Shown: positions 1-14,417, counted from the stretch's first letter. The stretch is 45,080 nucleotides of DNA from Chthonomonadaceae bacterium (GCA_035650735.1 DASRGZ010000184.1:1-45080), one strand, 5' to 3'. Numbers and translations are program-made. The notes: generated by a model not told the origin, from the letters alone.

Positions 1-288
1 GCCGCCGCGTCCGACGATGACGACGTTGCCCTTCTGGGCGTACTCTTCCATAATCCGCTTGAGGGCGTGGAAATACTTCTCGGCTTCGTGCGGATGCTGC
101 CAGGATTCGAGGAGGCCGGGGGCGTGTTCGTCATAGTGGACCCCATAGGGCAGGGTGATGCCCGTCTCCTCCACCTCCCGGTCGAGGAGCTTGTTGTCTA
201 TGCACTCCCAGCCGAGGCGTTCTGCCACGGCGGGGGCGATGGTGGTCTCGCCCGCGCCGATCTGCCGCGAGATGGTGATAATGCCCAT
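1..288 (-). CDS. Cytidylate kinase-like family protein (3' end runs off the window)
   Basis: Manual translation from ATG at 288: MGIITISRQIGAGETTIAPAVAERLGWECID...GNVVIVGRGG. The ITISRxxGxG and VIVGRG motifs fit the family; RBS AGGAGG upstream. Not in the ORF track. Confidence 0.85.
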   Translation of the reverse strand, partial: MGIITISRQIGAGETTIAPAVAERLGWECIDNKLLDREVEETGITLPYGVHYDEHAPGLLESWQHPHEAEKYFHALKRIMEEYAQKGNVVIVGRGG

Positions 289-352
289 CAGGAACGTCCT
301 CCTTTCTCCGCGCGCAGCGTTCGCTCTGCGCGCATCTCGGAAACGTCCGATT

Positions 353-427
353 GTAACTTTTGTTGGTGAGGCCGTGCTCGTGCTGAATGTAGGGCAGGTA
401 GTCTTCTATGCAGTCCGCCAGGAATAT
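353..427 (-). pseudogene. Probable N-terminal remnant of a tyrosine recombinase/integrase
   Basis: GGAGG-N6-ATA then FLADCIEDYLPYIQHEHGLTNKSY, which resembles the Xer/integrase N-terminus (IEDYLxYLxxERGL). Lies ~115 bp downstream of the tRNA 3' end. Confidence 0.45.
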
Positions 428-541
428 AAAACACCTCCACACGTGGCGGTGACGTGGGAGGTGAAGGGGTAGAGCACAGGCTCTCACGCGGATTGTCCGG
501 GGTTAGAGTAGGACACTCTCTATCCTGAATGCGAAGGAAAA

Positions 542-613
542 TCGGGGTGACTGGATTTGAACCAGCGACCACTCGCCCCCCAGACGAGCACTCTACCACT
601 GAGCTACACCCCG
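542..613 (-). tRNA. tRNA-Pro (anticodon GGG), CCA not encoded
   Basis: Reverse complement CGGGGTGTAGCTCAGTGGTAGAGTGCTCGTCTGGGGGGCGAGTGGTCGCTGGTTCAAATCCAGTCACCCCGA folds as a cloverleaf: acceptor CGGGGTG/CACCCCG, T-loop GTTCAAATC, anticodon loop CTGGGGG. Confidence 0.97.
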
Positions 614-675
614 GTAACGTTGCGCTATCAAGAAGCGATCCGCATATGCTCACCCTTGATAGCCTGACGCCCTTC

Positions 676-704
676 ATTCTACCACGAATTTGCGCTAATT
701 ACAA
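676..704 (-). promoter_or_regulatory. Sigma70-type promoter of tRNA-Pro
   Basis: TTGTAA-N17-TAGAAT with extended -10 TG, about 60 bp upstream of the tRNA. Confidence 0.7.
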
Positions 705-776
705 GGGGAAAGCGAAGCTATTCCCTGTTTGGCCGTAAGAACGCAGTACGGTAATTCCTCTTTGCCTTCTCAGAAA

Positions 777-3143
777 TTATTTCTTAAACAGCCATACCTC
801 GCAAACCTGGCAGCCGCGGCCATTGCCTCCCAGGCCCGGCTCTCGTGACCAACTCAGCAGCAGCTCGCCGCCCGTACTCGCCGCCAGAGGGATGTCAAAC
901 TCCAGGGGCCGGGGCGGAGCCGGCTTGGCAATATAGGGGTGTACTTCCAGGTCCTCTCCGGCCACCAGGCGGATTTTGCGTATATCACCGCCCCCATAGA
1001 CAATTCGAATCCGGTAGGCGGCCTGCGGGTCCAGGCCCGTATAGCGCATCTGCAACGGCGTGTCGTAGAGCGTCTCGACATGGCGGGCCCAGGCGAACCG
1101 CCCGGGGGTGCCTGAGAAGCCAATCCGCGCCGAGCGATAGGTTCCCGGATCCCGCTCAAAATCCAGGTCGGTCAGCAGGTGATCCCGACGTGCCGGATTG
1201 CCCGGCTCATCGTAAAAACCGCCCGGGCCGGGGTCCGTCCAGCGAACGATCTCCTCGATCCCTTGCAGGCGATCCGGCTCCTGGGGCCGCTGGCGCAGCT
1301 CCGCAAAGCGCTGCTTCAGCCAGAGCCGATTATTGAGCGGCGCATCTATGCTATCGAGATTGGCGCCTCGCTCTACGGCGATGGCCTGGTAGCGCTCCAC
1401 GCTCAACTGCATCCGAATGCTCTGGTAGAGGGCTTCTGCCAGCTCAAAGACGCGCGCGCGCCAGTCGGCGGCGATGGGGTGGGTGACCGCCCGATCCAAA
1501 ACGGCTTCGGCGTCGGTCAGGGCGGTGAGCGATCCCCTCCGGGCGGCCCCGCGTAAAATCTCCAGGGCCTGATCTTCCAGACTCTGTTCGTAGAGCAGGC
1601 GGCTGCGGATATAGGCGTCGTAATAGGCGCGGTAGAGCGCCTGCTGGAAGCGCCAATTCAGGCGGTCTTGCGGGGATGCCGCCCGTTCCATGGCCTGGAA
1701 CTGGTAGAGCGTCGTGTAGACGCCTTCATTGGTTAAAAGCGCTCCCTGCCAGTTGCGCTCGAGGGCCAGCAATCCCTGCGCGAAGGCCTCCGTATAGCCC
1801 TCGCCCAGGAAGTAGCGGCTATAGTCCCGCAAGATGGCGAGCACGTCGGTATCCGGGTCCCATTCGAGCGCGCTCCAGACGATCTTATTGACGTCGTCGT
1901 TGCAGCCTTCCGAATAGGTAATAGAGCCGATAGTGAACTGCTGTAACTGCCGAGCAATATGCGCCTGGGCCAGAGGACGCGGGTTAATGCCCTCGCGTCC
2001 TTCGGTGAGGGCATAGGCCAGATCCCAATCCGGAACCGGATACTCACATTGCCGGCTGTGGGTGATGTCGGGATAGTGCCGGATAGGGTATCGGTCCGGG
2101 ATAAGGGCGCGCAGCTGGGGCAGGCTCACCCGAACCTGCGGCCCGAACACAATCCCGTTCAGCCAGGCGGGAGTCTCGGCGCGTAAGACCGCCACCAGCT
2201 CGTCCAGCCAGGCCTGCGAGAAGCCCTGCGGGGAGAGCCAGAGCTGCGCCTGCGGGTGATGGCGGCGGAGCGATTGGGCCTGTTCTGCCAGCAGGTTCAG
2301 GAGCGCTTTCGGCGGCGTGTGGCCAGGGTCGCCTCCGGGCACGAACACGGCGTCAATGCGCGGCAGTTGGCGGAACACCTCGCCCCACTCCGCAAGCGCA
2401 GACGCGACCGTCTGCGGGTTGGAATAGTCGGGGTCCATAGCCGGATACCAGATCCAGACATCCAATCCGTACTCGTCCAGCAGCCGCGCCATGCCGATCA
2501 TCATCTCCATCGGCGGCAGCGGGAAGTGCGGGCTGTCCGCGTCGTCGTCGGAGCGGGGCGGAATGAGCTCTACGGCGTTGGTCCCAAAGACGGCCAGGTC
2601 GCGGATATACTGCTCCCACATAGGAAGCGACCAGGCATCATAGGAGTTTGTCTTGGGCCGGTAGCCGAGTTGGTGCCCTCGCAGCGGGGAGCGGGGTGCG
2701 GTGGCGATATTCAGGTCGGCGGGCAGAGCGACCGTGTTTCTGCCCATGCGCAGCATGCGCAGCAGTCGGCCCACGCCGAAGAGCACGCCGCGCGTGTCGT
2801 TGCCTGCTGCCAGCACGACCGGCACTGTGGAGGCCCGATCCTCCTTCACCACGCGGAGCCGGTAGCCTTCGGGTTTGCGTTCGCCGGAATCCTGGGCCAG
2901 CGCGCCTACGTTGTCGGGGACAAAGGAGGCCAGTGCGGCAGCGGTCCCGACAGCGATGACGGGGTCTGCGCGGGCAGGCCAGGCCTCGGCGACCGGCCAG
3001 CGAATCTGAGTCCGCTTCTCAACCTCCTCCACCAGCATCGTCACGGCTTTCGCCTCCGACCCGGAAAGATCGGGCGGCACGGCAATCGTCGCCTGGCGCA
3101 GGTCTATCAGGTCGGCTGCCGGGTCCCCTAGCGTAAAGCCCAT
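777..3143 (-). CDS. Uncharacterised large protein, putative glycoside hydrolase (GH20/GH67-like N-terminal domain plus barrel plus C-terminal beta-sandwich)
   Basis: 788 aa from ATG 3143 with RBS GGAAGGAGG. Pattern PEGYRL...GNDTRGVLFGVGRLLR followed by PxxxLRG is typical of GH20/GH67-type N-terminal domains. Confidence 0.55.
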   Translation of the reverse strand: MGFTLGDPAADLIDLRQATIAVPPDLSGSEAKAVTMLVEEVEKRTQIRWPVAEAWPARADPVIAVGTAAALASFVPDNVGALAQDSGERKPEGYRLRVVKEDRASTVPVVLAAGNDTRGVLFGVGRLLRMLRMGRNTVALPADLNIATAPRSPLRGHQLGYRPKTNSYDAWSLPMWEQYIRDLAVFGTNAVELIPPRSDDDADSPHFPLPPMEMMIGMARLLDEYGLDVWIWYPAMDPDYSNPQTVASALAEWGEVFRQLPRIDAVFVPGGDPGHTPPKALLNLLAEQAQSLRRHHPQAQLWLSPQGFSQAWLDELVAVLRAETPAWLNGIVFGPQVRVSLPQLRALIPDRYPIRHYPDITHSRQCEYPVPDWDLAYALTEGREGINPRPLAQAHIARQLQQFTIGSITYSEGCNDDVNKIVWSALEWDPDTDVLAILRDYSRYFLGEGYTEAFAQGLLALERNWQGALLTNEGVYTTLYQFQAMERAASPQDRLNWRFQQALYRAYYDAYIRSRLLYEQSLEDQALEILRGAARRGSLTALTDAEAVLDRAVTHPIAADWRARVFELAEALYQSIRMQLSVERYQAIAVERGANLDSIDAPLNNRLWLKQRFAELRQRPQEPDRLQGIEEIVRWTDPGPGGFYDEPGNPARRDHLLTDLDFERDPGTYRSARIGFSGTPGRFAWARHVETLYDTPLQMRYTGLDPQAAYRIRIVYGGGDIRKIRLVAGEDLEVHPYIAKPAPPRPLEFDIPLAASTGGELLLSWSREPGLGGNGRGCQVCEVWLFKK

Positions 3144-3190
3144 TTCCTCCTTCCTCCTTCCATGCCATAAAGAGCCCTTCGGTTGTTCTT

Positions 3191-3299
3191 CGGGCGGCTG
3201 AAGCCGCAGCAACAAAAGCACTAAACCCGCCTGCGCGGGTTCGGGTTTAGTCGGCGTAGGCCGACTTTGTGCCTTGGTTGCAGCGAATTTATTCGCCCG
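3191..3299. repeat. REP-like palindromic doublet (family B)
   Basis: Imperfect long IR CGGGCG...CGCCCG enclosing hairpins AACCCGCCTGCGCGGGTT, AGTCGGCGTAGGCCGACT and GCGAATTTATTCGC. Its right half recurs at 12083-12133. Confidence 0.8.
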
Positions 3300-4425
3300 C
3301 TATCGAAACGCCATAGAGGGAAGCCGCGTTCTCATAGAGCATTTGCCGGGCGGCGCGCTCCGCCTGTTTTGCCTCCAGCCAGCCGTCTGCCTGGAGCGTT
3401 CGGAGGGCGCTCTCCAGACTCTGGCGTATGTAGAGACTGCCCAGATAGAACAGCTCGGGAAAGCTGAAGGCATCGGTCGCCAGCATCACTTTGGAGGTGG
3501 GTGCCAACTCCAGAGCAGCGCGAAGGGCTGGCGTCCCGCCATGGGCGGTAAACGGAATCGTCAGCGAGAGGTCTACAAAAACGTTGCTATACAGGGAGGC
3601 CAGGTAGCCGGCCTCGCGGCAATACGGATAGGTATGCAGCAGGACAAAGGAGGCCCCGCGCAGCGCCTCCTCTTGCAGCAGAGGCCGCAAATGGAGCGGG
3701 TTCGCCAGGCGTAGGTCTAGGTCGTCGTCGCCGAAACCGGTGTGAAACTGCACCGGCAGCTCCTGCGCTGCCGCCACCTCCAGGCCGATGCGCCCCAGAT
3801 ACTCCAGCAGCGTCCTGTCGGTCAGCCGCACGCGGCCCTCCTGCCGCGCCCTAGCCCGGAGCGCAGGATAGGCGTCTGCCGCCTCGGCGCGGGAACGGGG
3901 CAGGAACGGCAAGCCGCCGCGATAGGCCGCGATGCTTTTGAAGGCGACGATACCGCGCGCGCGGGCGTCGGCCAAGCGCGCGCGGTATGCCTCCTCCAAC
4001 TCAGTAAAGCTGTTGGTCTCCACAAGGAGCTGCTCGATGAGGGTTTCCAGCCGCAAGACCTCGTAGAGGGCGCAGGGCAGAAACGCACGCTGCTCCTCCA
4101 GCGTGTAGTTCTCTGCTTCCCGCAGGCCGGTGTCTACCAGCATCGCCGCGATATGGGCCGCCGCGATCAGTTGGCGCGCATATGGTTCCGGCGGCAGGCT
4201 CCGACGCGCTGCCAGCACGCCGGCTTCGGTCGGCTCACAGCCCAGCAGCGCCGCCAGATCGGCCAGTCCGCGGGCGTAGAAGAGATGGAAAGGGATATGC
4301 GCCGCCATCGCCGGGTCGGCGCTTTCGCTGAAGTGGCGCCGGAAGGCCGTCTCGTCCAGCGCCGCCAGCGGGCGCCTCAGGGCATGGCAGTGATGATCTA
4401 GCAACGGAATGGCCGCGAGATCCAT
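3289..4425 (-). CDS. Amidohydrolase family protein (FluG/NodGS N-terminal-like)
   Basis: Motifs LDHHCH, FKSIAAYRGGL, PVQFHTGFGD, VLLHTYPY and ATDA. Confidence 0.9.
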   Translation of the reverse strand: MDLAAIPLLDHHCHALRRPLAALDETAFRRHFSESADPAMAAHIPFHLFYARGLADLAALLGCEPTEAGVLAARRSLPPEPYARQLIAAAHIAAMLVDTGLREAENYTLEEQRAFLPCALYEVLRLETLIEQLLVETNSFTELEEAYRARLADARARGIVAFKSIAAYRGGLPFLPRSRAEAADAYPALRARARQEGRVRLTDRTLLEYLGRIGLEVAAAQELPVQFHTGFGDDDLDLRLANPLHLRPLLQEEALRGASFVLLHTYPYCREAGYLASLYSNVFVDLSLTIPFTAHGGTPALRAALELAPTSKVMLATDAFSFPELFYLGSLYIRQSLESALRTLQADGWLEAKQAERAARQMLYENAASLYGVSIAGE

Positions 4426-4434
4426 GACGGTAGC

Positions 4435-5784
4435 TCAGTATTTGTAAAAGTGATTGGCGATCTCAAAGTCTATATCCTGGCCGCGGTAGGCCTCGACCTC
4501 CGAGCGGCGCACCGTCAGGTAGGAACGCGCCAGCAATGGGCCGAGGGCTTCCGTCAGGACGGTATCGGCTTCCAGGGCCGCTACGGCCTCATCCAGGCCG
4601 GTGGGCAGGCGGTGGATCCCCTGTTCGCGGCGTTGGGCCTCGGTGAGCGAGGCGGGATCGACCTCGGTGGGAGGGCCGGGATCGAGTCGGCGGTCCAGGC
4701 CATCCAGGCCGGCGGCCAGCAGTCCTCCCAGCGCCAGGTAGGGATTGCAACTCGAATCGGCGGCTTTTAATTCCAGGTTCACCGTCCCGGAGGCATCGCT
4801 CCAGTAGGGGGAGGCGATGCGCAGGGCCGCCTCGCGATTGTCGTGGCCGTAGACGGCGAAGGCGCTGCTCCAGCTTTGGGGCTGCAATCGCCGGTAGGAG
4901 TTGACGCTGGGGCAGGTGAGCGCGACCAGGGCCGGCAGATGGGCCAGCACGCCCCCCAGGAAGTGGCGTCCGCGCTCGGAGAAGCTGTCGGCGGCATTCG
5001 GATCATAGAAGAGGTTATGCCCCTGCGCATCCCAGAGGCTAAAATGGATGTGGCCTCCGTTGCCGGCCCTATCCGGCCAGGGCTTGGGCGCTAACGAGGC
5101 GTACAGGCCGTGGTTCCAGGCGACGCCGCGTATGGTCTCGCGCAGCTTCAGGTGATTGTCGGCGGCTTCCAGGGCATCGCCGTGGTGGATCGAGATTTCG
5201 TGCTGCCCGGGCGCCAGCTCCGGGTAGTACTGCTCCACGATCAAGCGCTGCACGTCGAGAGCGCCGACCAGATCATCCACAAAAGCCGCCGCCTGCGTCA
5301 TGGCAATGGAAGAGAAGCACAGGGTTTGATCGAAGGGAACAAAGGTGCCGTCGGGCTGGCGCTGGGCCAGGGAGAACTCCGCCTCAAAGGCCGCGCGCAG
5401 ATTCAGCCCTTGCGCCGTCGCGCGCTCCCGCATCCGTTTTAAGAAAGAGCGCGGGCAGGCTCCCCAGGGCGTGTGGTCTTGCGTGAGCATATCGCAGGCA
5501 AAGGCGGCGGCATGGGGTACATAGGGCAACACCGTAAACGAGTCCGGGTCCGGCACCAGGCGTATCTCGCCTACCGGCCCCATGCCCTCCAGCGGCTGGA
5601 GCTGATCCAGACTGTTCATCGCCATCATGGCAACGGTGAGGCCGATGCCGTCCTGTATGCGGGCAGGCAGGCCCGACAGGCCGGTGGTCTTGCCCCGAAT
5701 AACTCCGCCGTTGTCACAGTAGAGAAAGCGGGCCAGGCGGACGTTGGCATCCTGGCAGGCTTTGAGAATGTATTTGGGTCCCAT
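4435..5784 (-). CDS. Glutamine synthetase-like gamma-glutamyl ligase (FluG/NodGS C-terminal-like)
   Basis: ATG 5784 with RBS GAGAGGAG. Motifs EAEF, ELAPGQHEI, PKP..AGNGGHIHFSLW, NSYRRL, NREAALRI and NLELK. Confidence 0.9.
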   Translation of the reverse strand: MGPKYILKACQDANVRLARFLYCDNGGVIRGKTTGLSGLPARIQDGIGLTVAMMAMNSLDQLQPLEGMGPVGEIRLVPDPDSFTVLPYVPHAAAFACDMLTQDHTPWGACPRSFLKRMRERATAQGLNLRAAFEAEFSLAQRQPDGTFVPFDQTLCFSSIAMTQAAAFVDDLVGALDVQRLIVEQYYPELAPGQHEISIHHGDALEAADNHLKLRETIRGVAWNHGLYASLAPKPWPDRAGNGGHIHFSLWDAQGHNLFYDPNAADSFSERGRHFLGGVLAHLPALVALTCPSVNSYRRLQPQSWSSAFAVYGHDNREAALRIASPYWSDASGTVNLELKAADSSCNPYLALGGLLAAGLDGLDRRLDPGPPTEVDPASLTEAQRREQGIHRLPTGLDEAVAALEADTVLTEALGPLLARSYLTVRRSEVEAYRGQDIDFEIANHFYKY

Positions 5785-6097
5785 TGCCTTTCTCCTCTCT
5801 TGCGGATGAGGGCGCCCCCATGTGAATAGACTCTGACTTCCTGTTCGCCATCGGCCTCGATGTTCCTGCATCCAAGCAAAGCCCGGATTGAATGCCTCTG
5901 GCAGGCCGAATCCTGCCGCACACAGGATTTATTGCCGCTACGGTGTCTCTAATCGCAGGAGGTGCAAGGTTTTCCCGCGAAGACTATAAGAGTGATCCTT
6001 GCTGCTTAGATGCGTATATTACTCTAGAAGTAGGCAGCCAACAGAGTTCTCCGCTGCTTTTGCCGCTCATCGGATGGCTCGGGGGAGGGCGCAACCC

Positions 6098-10413
<4,316 letters not shown>

Positions 10414-10417
<4 letters not shown>

Positions 10418-12033
10418 AGATTCTGATCGCCGAAGACGACCCCATTCCCCGCCGCCTGCTGCAGGCCACGCTGGTCAAAGCCGGCTATGAGGTGGTCATG
10501 GCAAAGGACGGCGAGGAAGCCTGGCAGCTCCTGCAGCAGGCCGAGGCGCCCAACCTGGCGATCCTGGATTGGCTGATGCCGGGCCTGGATGGGGTGGAGG
10601 TCTGCCGCCGCGTGCGCCAGCGGGCCCAGGCTCCTTATGTCTATATCCTGCTGCTGACCTCCAAGGATCGCAAGGAAGACCTCATCGAGGGCATGAACGC
10701 CGGGGCCGACGACTATCTCATCAAGCCCTTCGATCCCCATGAGCTACAGGTGCGCCTGCGCGCCGGACAGCGTATCCTGGACCTGGAGACCGCGCTGCGC
10801 AACTCGCTGGAGCAGTTGGAGCAGGCGCGTCATCGGGAGGTGGAGACCGGCGCCCGGATTCAGAAGACGCTGCTGCTGGGCCAGCCGCCCCGTGCGTTGC
10901 CCGGAGCGCAGGTTGCCGCCCTGACCATCCCCTCCCAGCAGATAGACGGTGACTTTTACGATTTCTTCCAGCACAACGACGGCTGCCTGGATGTGGTGGT
11001 AGGCGACGTCATGGGCAAGGGGGTGCCTGCCGCGCTGCTGGGGGCCGCGATCAAGAGCCATTTCCTGCACGCGCTCAGCCGCCTGCTTGGCCCTGCTGGC
11101 CCCGGCAACCTGCCCACTCCCGAACAGATCGTCACGCTCGTTCATGCCGAAGTGACCCGGCAGTTCATCGGCCTGGAGTTCTTCGCCACGCTCTGTTACG
11201 CGCGCTTCGACCTTTCGGAGCGCCAACTTACCTTTGTGGATTGCGGGCACACCAAGACCATCCACTTCCGGCAAAAGGCGGGCGCGTGCGCGCTGCTGGA
11301 GGGGGAGAATATGCCGCTGGGCGTCAGCGAGAAGGAGGTCTACCGGCAGGTTGCCGTTCCCTTTGAGGCCGGTGACCTCTTCTGCTTCTATTCGGACGGA
11401 GTGACGGAGGCGCGGAACCCGGAGGATGCGTTCTTTGGAGTGGACCGCCTGGTCGAGCTGGTGCGAGCCAACGGGCAGAGCGCGCCGCAGGCGTTGCTGG
11501 ACCGCATTCACGGGGCCGTCGTCGCGTTTTCCGGCGCGGAGACGTTCTCAGACGATCTGACCTGCGTGGCCATCAAGATAGGCGCTGTCGAGGCGGCTTC
11601 GCCCCTCGCCCATGCCGAGCTGGAGGTCTCCAGCGATCTCTCGCAGCTGGCCCCGATTCGGGCGTTCGTGCGCCAGTTCTGCCGCAATCTCCCGTCCCCG
11701 ACGCTCGACGAGGATAGCCAGAGCCAGCTTGAGCTTGCCGTCAATGAGGCCGCCAGCAACGTCATGCGCCACGCCTATCGCGGTCGCACCGATCAGCCGA
11801 TCCGTATCGAGGCCGAGGCGTTTGCCGACCAGATCCGCATTCGTATTCTCCATTCTGGAGAAGAGTTCGATCCGGCTAAGGTCCGTCCGCCCGCATTCGA
11901 TGGCACGCGCGAGGGCGGCTTTGGCGTCTATATGATCGGCCAGAGCGTGGACGAGGTCCGTTATTCCCGCAACGCGCAGGGACAAAACACGATCTGTCTT
12001 ATCAAAAACCGCAAACCGGTTCCGGGTGGATGA
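10414..12033 (+). CDS. Receiver - PP2C/SpoIIE phosphatase - RsbW-like Ser kinase fusion
   Basis: REC (ILDWLMPG); PP2C motifs GDFYD, GDVMGKG, YSDGVTE, SDDLT; C-terminal [16 protein letters not shown]...GGFG. ATGA overlap with the kinase gene. Confidence 0.92.
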
Positions 12034-12035
12034 GG

Positions 12036-12133
12036 CCCTCACCCCCCACCCCTCTCCTACGCTGCGGGGGAGGGGAGCAAAGAGTCGGCGAACGCCGACT
12101 GGGTGCCTTTGTTGCCGCGAATTCATTCGCCCG
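12036..12133. repeat. Composite repeat: CCCTCACCCC hairpin (family C) plus family B half-element
   Basis: CCCTCACCCCCCACCCCTCTCC...GGGGGAGGGG at 12036-12077, then AGTCGGCGAACGCCGACT...GCGAATTCATTCGCCCG at 12083-12133. Confidence 0.8.
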
Positions 12134-12154
12134 AACGCCATAAGGAGAGACACG

Positions 12155-12493
12155 ATGGAGATGAGCGTGGAGAAGATAGGCGATGTAGCGGTGGTGACGC
12201 CGCGCGCCGAGCATCTGGATGCCAGCGTGGTAGAGGAGTTCAAGCGCGACATCGGGCCGATACTGGAGACAAATCGCAACGTGCTGCTGGATATGAGCGA
12301 GCTGCAATTTGTGGACAGCGCCGGTTTGGGGGCCATCCTGTCGTGCCTGCGGCGGCTGAGCGCAGCCGAGGGCGATCTGAAGCTGTGCGGGCTTTCCAGG
12401 CCGGTGCGCGCCGTCTTCGAGATTGCACGCATGCACCGCATCTTCGACATCGCCAACACGCGCGAAGAGGGAATCCAGGCTTTTCGGCATTAG
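12155..12493 (+). CDS. STAS-domain anti-sigma factor antagonist (RsbV/SpoIIAA-like)
   Basis: RBS AAGGAG; 112 aa; phosphoacceptor motif LDMSELQFVDSAGLG. Confidence 0.93.
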   Translation: MEMSVEKIGDVAVVTPRAEHLDASVVEEFKRDIGPILETNRNVLLDMSELQFVDSAGLGAILSCLRRLSAAEGDLKLCGLSRPVRAVFEIARMHRIFDIANTREEGIQAFRH

Positions 12494-12540
12494 CGCCGGG
12501 GCCTTTATTAGCCCGGTTCTAGCCGAGAGAGGAACCAGCC

Positions 12541-14190
12541 ATGGCATCCAACGAGCTTGCGGCGTCGCCTCCCATCGCCGAGGAAACGCCGACCATCACC
12601 GCCGAGATAGAGGAGATGGAAGATCGGCTCGGGCCGCTCCTGGAGCGCCCCGAAGAGCCGTGCGCCTTTGTCATCTTCGGGGCCAGCGGCGATCTAACCG
12701 GGCGCAAGCTGATTCCGGCGCTTTATAACCTCTTCTGCCAGGAGCTGCTGCCGCGCGGCTTCGCCGTGATCGGCTACGCGCTCACGCCGATGGAGGACGC
12801 CAGTTTCCGCCAGCAGATGCGCCAGAAGGTCAAGGATTCGCCGGAGGTGTTGGCCTTCCGCCCGAAGCTCTGGGACGAGTTTGCCCCGGCCCTGCACTAC
12901 CTCGTCGGCGACTTTGAAAACCCAACGGGCTACCAGCAGCTGGCCGAACGGCTGCGCGAGATGGACGCGCAATACGGCTGTGGCGGAAATCGCGTTTTCT
13001 ATCTGGCGACCGCCCCCACTTTCTTCGCCCCCATCGTCGCCAACCTGGCAAAACACGGCCTCATCAACCGCAACAGCAGCGGCGAAGGCTGGGCGCGCCT
13101 CGTCGTCGAGAAGCCCTTCGGGCGTGACCTGGCAAGCGCGCAGGAGCTCAACAAGGCGCTCCGCAGTGTCGTCGAGGAGGATCAGATCTATCGGATAGAT
13201 CACTATCTGGGCAAGGAGACGGTCCAGAACATCCTCGCTTTCCGCTTTGCCAACTCCATCATCGAGCCTATCTGGAACCGCCAGTATATTGATCATGTGC
13301 AGATCACGGCGGCGGAGACGCTGGGCGTGGAGCATCGGGGCAAGTATTACGAGGAGGCGGGCGCTCTGCGGGACATGTTCCAGAACCATCTCTTTCAGCT
13401 TCTGGCCCTGGTGGCGATGGAGCCGCCGGTGCGCCACTACGGGCAATCGGTGCGCGACCGCAAGGCCGACGTGCTGCGCGCCGTGGTGCCCCTCAACCCG
13501 GAGAATCTGGCGGAATCGGCGGTGCGGGGCCAGTACGGGCCGGGGAAGATAGACGGCGTGCCGGTGCCCGGCTATCGGCAGGAGCCGGACGTCGCCCCCG
13601 ACTCCGCCACGGAGACCTACGCCGCGCTCAAGCTAACGCTGGATAACTGGCGTTGGGCGGGCGTGCCGTTCTATCTGCGCTCCGGCAAGCGCCTGCCTCG
13701 AAAGCTGACCATGATCGCCATTCAGTTCAAGCGCGTGCCCCATCTGTTCTTCCGGCGAACGTCGCAGGACCAGATCGAGCCGAACACGCTGCTGATCCGC
13801 ATCCAGCCGGACGAGGGCATCGCGCTCAAGCTTGGAGCGAAGGCCCCCGGATCGCGCATGGTCATCCGCCAGATGCAGATGAACTTCTCCTACGGCGCGG
13901 CCTTCGGGGAGTTTCCGGCCACCGCCTATGAGACGTTGCTGCTCGACGCGATGCTGGGCGACCCGACCCTGTTTAACCGCAGCGATGCGGTCGCGCTCTC
14001 CTGGGACATTCTGAGGCCGGTGCTGGAGACCTGGCAGGCCACGCGCGCCTTCGTCTCTTTTCCCAACTACGCGGCGGGAACCTGGGGACCGGCTGCCGCC
14101 GACGCGCTGCTGGCCCGCGATGGGCGCGCCTGGCAAAACGCGACGACGCTGCCCCTGTTCACGCCGACCGCAGCGGAGCGGAAAAGCTAG
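12541..14190 (+). CDS. zwf: Glucose-6-phosphate 1-dehydrogenase
   Basis: Motifs [28 protein letters not shown] and [13 protein letters not shown]. Confidence 0.97.
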   Translation: MASNELAASPPIAEETPTITAEIEEMEDRLGPLLERPEEPCAFVIFGASGDLTGRKLIPALYNLFCQELLPRGFAVIGYALTPMEDASFRQQMRQKVKDSPEVLAFRPKLWDEFAPALHYLVGDFENPTGYQQLAERLREMDAQYGCGGNRVFYLATAPTFFAPIVANLAKHGLINRNSSGEGWARLVVEKPFGRDLASAQELNKALRSVVEEDQIYRIDHYLGKETVQNILAFRFANSIIEPIWNRQYIDHVQITAAETLGVEHRGKYYEEAGALRDMFQNHLFQLLALVAMEPPVRHYGQSVRDRKADVLRAVVPLNPENLAESAVRGQYGPGKIDGVPVPGYRQEPDVAPDSATETYAALKLTLDNWRWAGVPFYLRSGKRLPRKLTMIAIQFKRVPHLFFRRTSQDQIEPNTLLIRIQPDEGIALKLGAKAPGSRMVIRQMQMNFSYGAAFGEFPATAYETLLLDAMLGDPTLFNRSDAVALSWDILRPVLETWQATRAFVSFPNYAAGTWGPAAADALLARDGRAWQNATTLPLFTPTAAERKS

Positions 14191-14193
14191 AAA

Positions 14194-14417
14194 TAAACCA
14201 CCCGCTCCGCTAGAGACACAGAGACACGGAGAAAAACCAAAAACTAATTCAGACAGGATGAACGGGATGAACTGGATTTCAACAACCTAGACAAACTCTG
14301 TTTCTCCGTCTTTGCGCAATCCTGTAAATCCTGTTCATCCTGTCTAAAAATCTGGTCTTTCTCTCTGTTTTTGTTGTTCCTCTGTGTCTCTGTGCCTCTA
14401 GCGGAGCGGGTGGTTTA
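14194..14417. repeat. Nested inverted-repeat (MITE-like) element (family D)
   Basis: Outer IR TAAACCACCCGCTCCGCTAGAGACACAGAGACAC / GTGTCTCTGTGCCTCTAGCGGAGCGGGTGGTTTA. Inner IR AGACAGGATGAAC... / ...GTTCATCCTGTCT at 14251-14345. Confidence 0.85.

Noticed and set aside
288..738. ORFs 288-677 (-) and 529-738 (+)
   Set aside because: Both overlap the tRNA-Pro gene and are spurious.
5785..6097. Sigma-54 promoter or nitrogen-regulator box upstream of the GS-like gene
   Set aside because: A manual scan found no convincing TGGCAC-type GG-N10-GC site or palindromic box.
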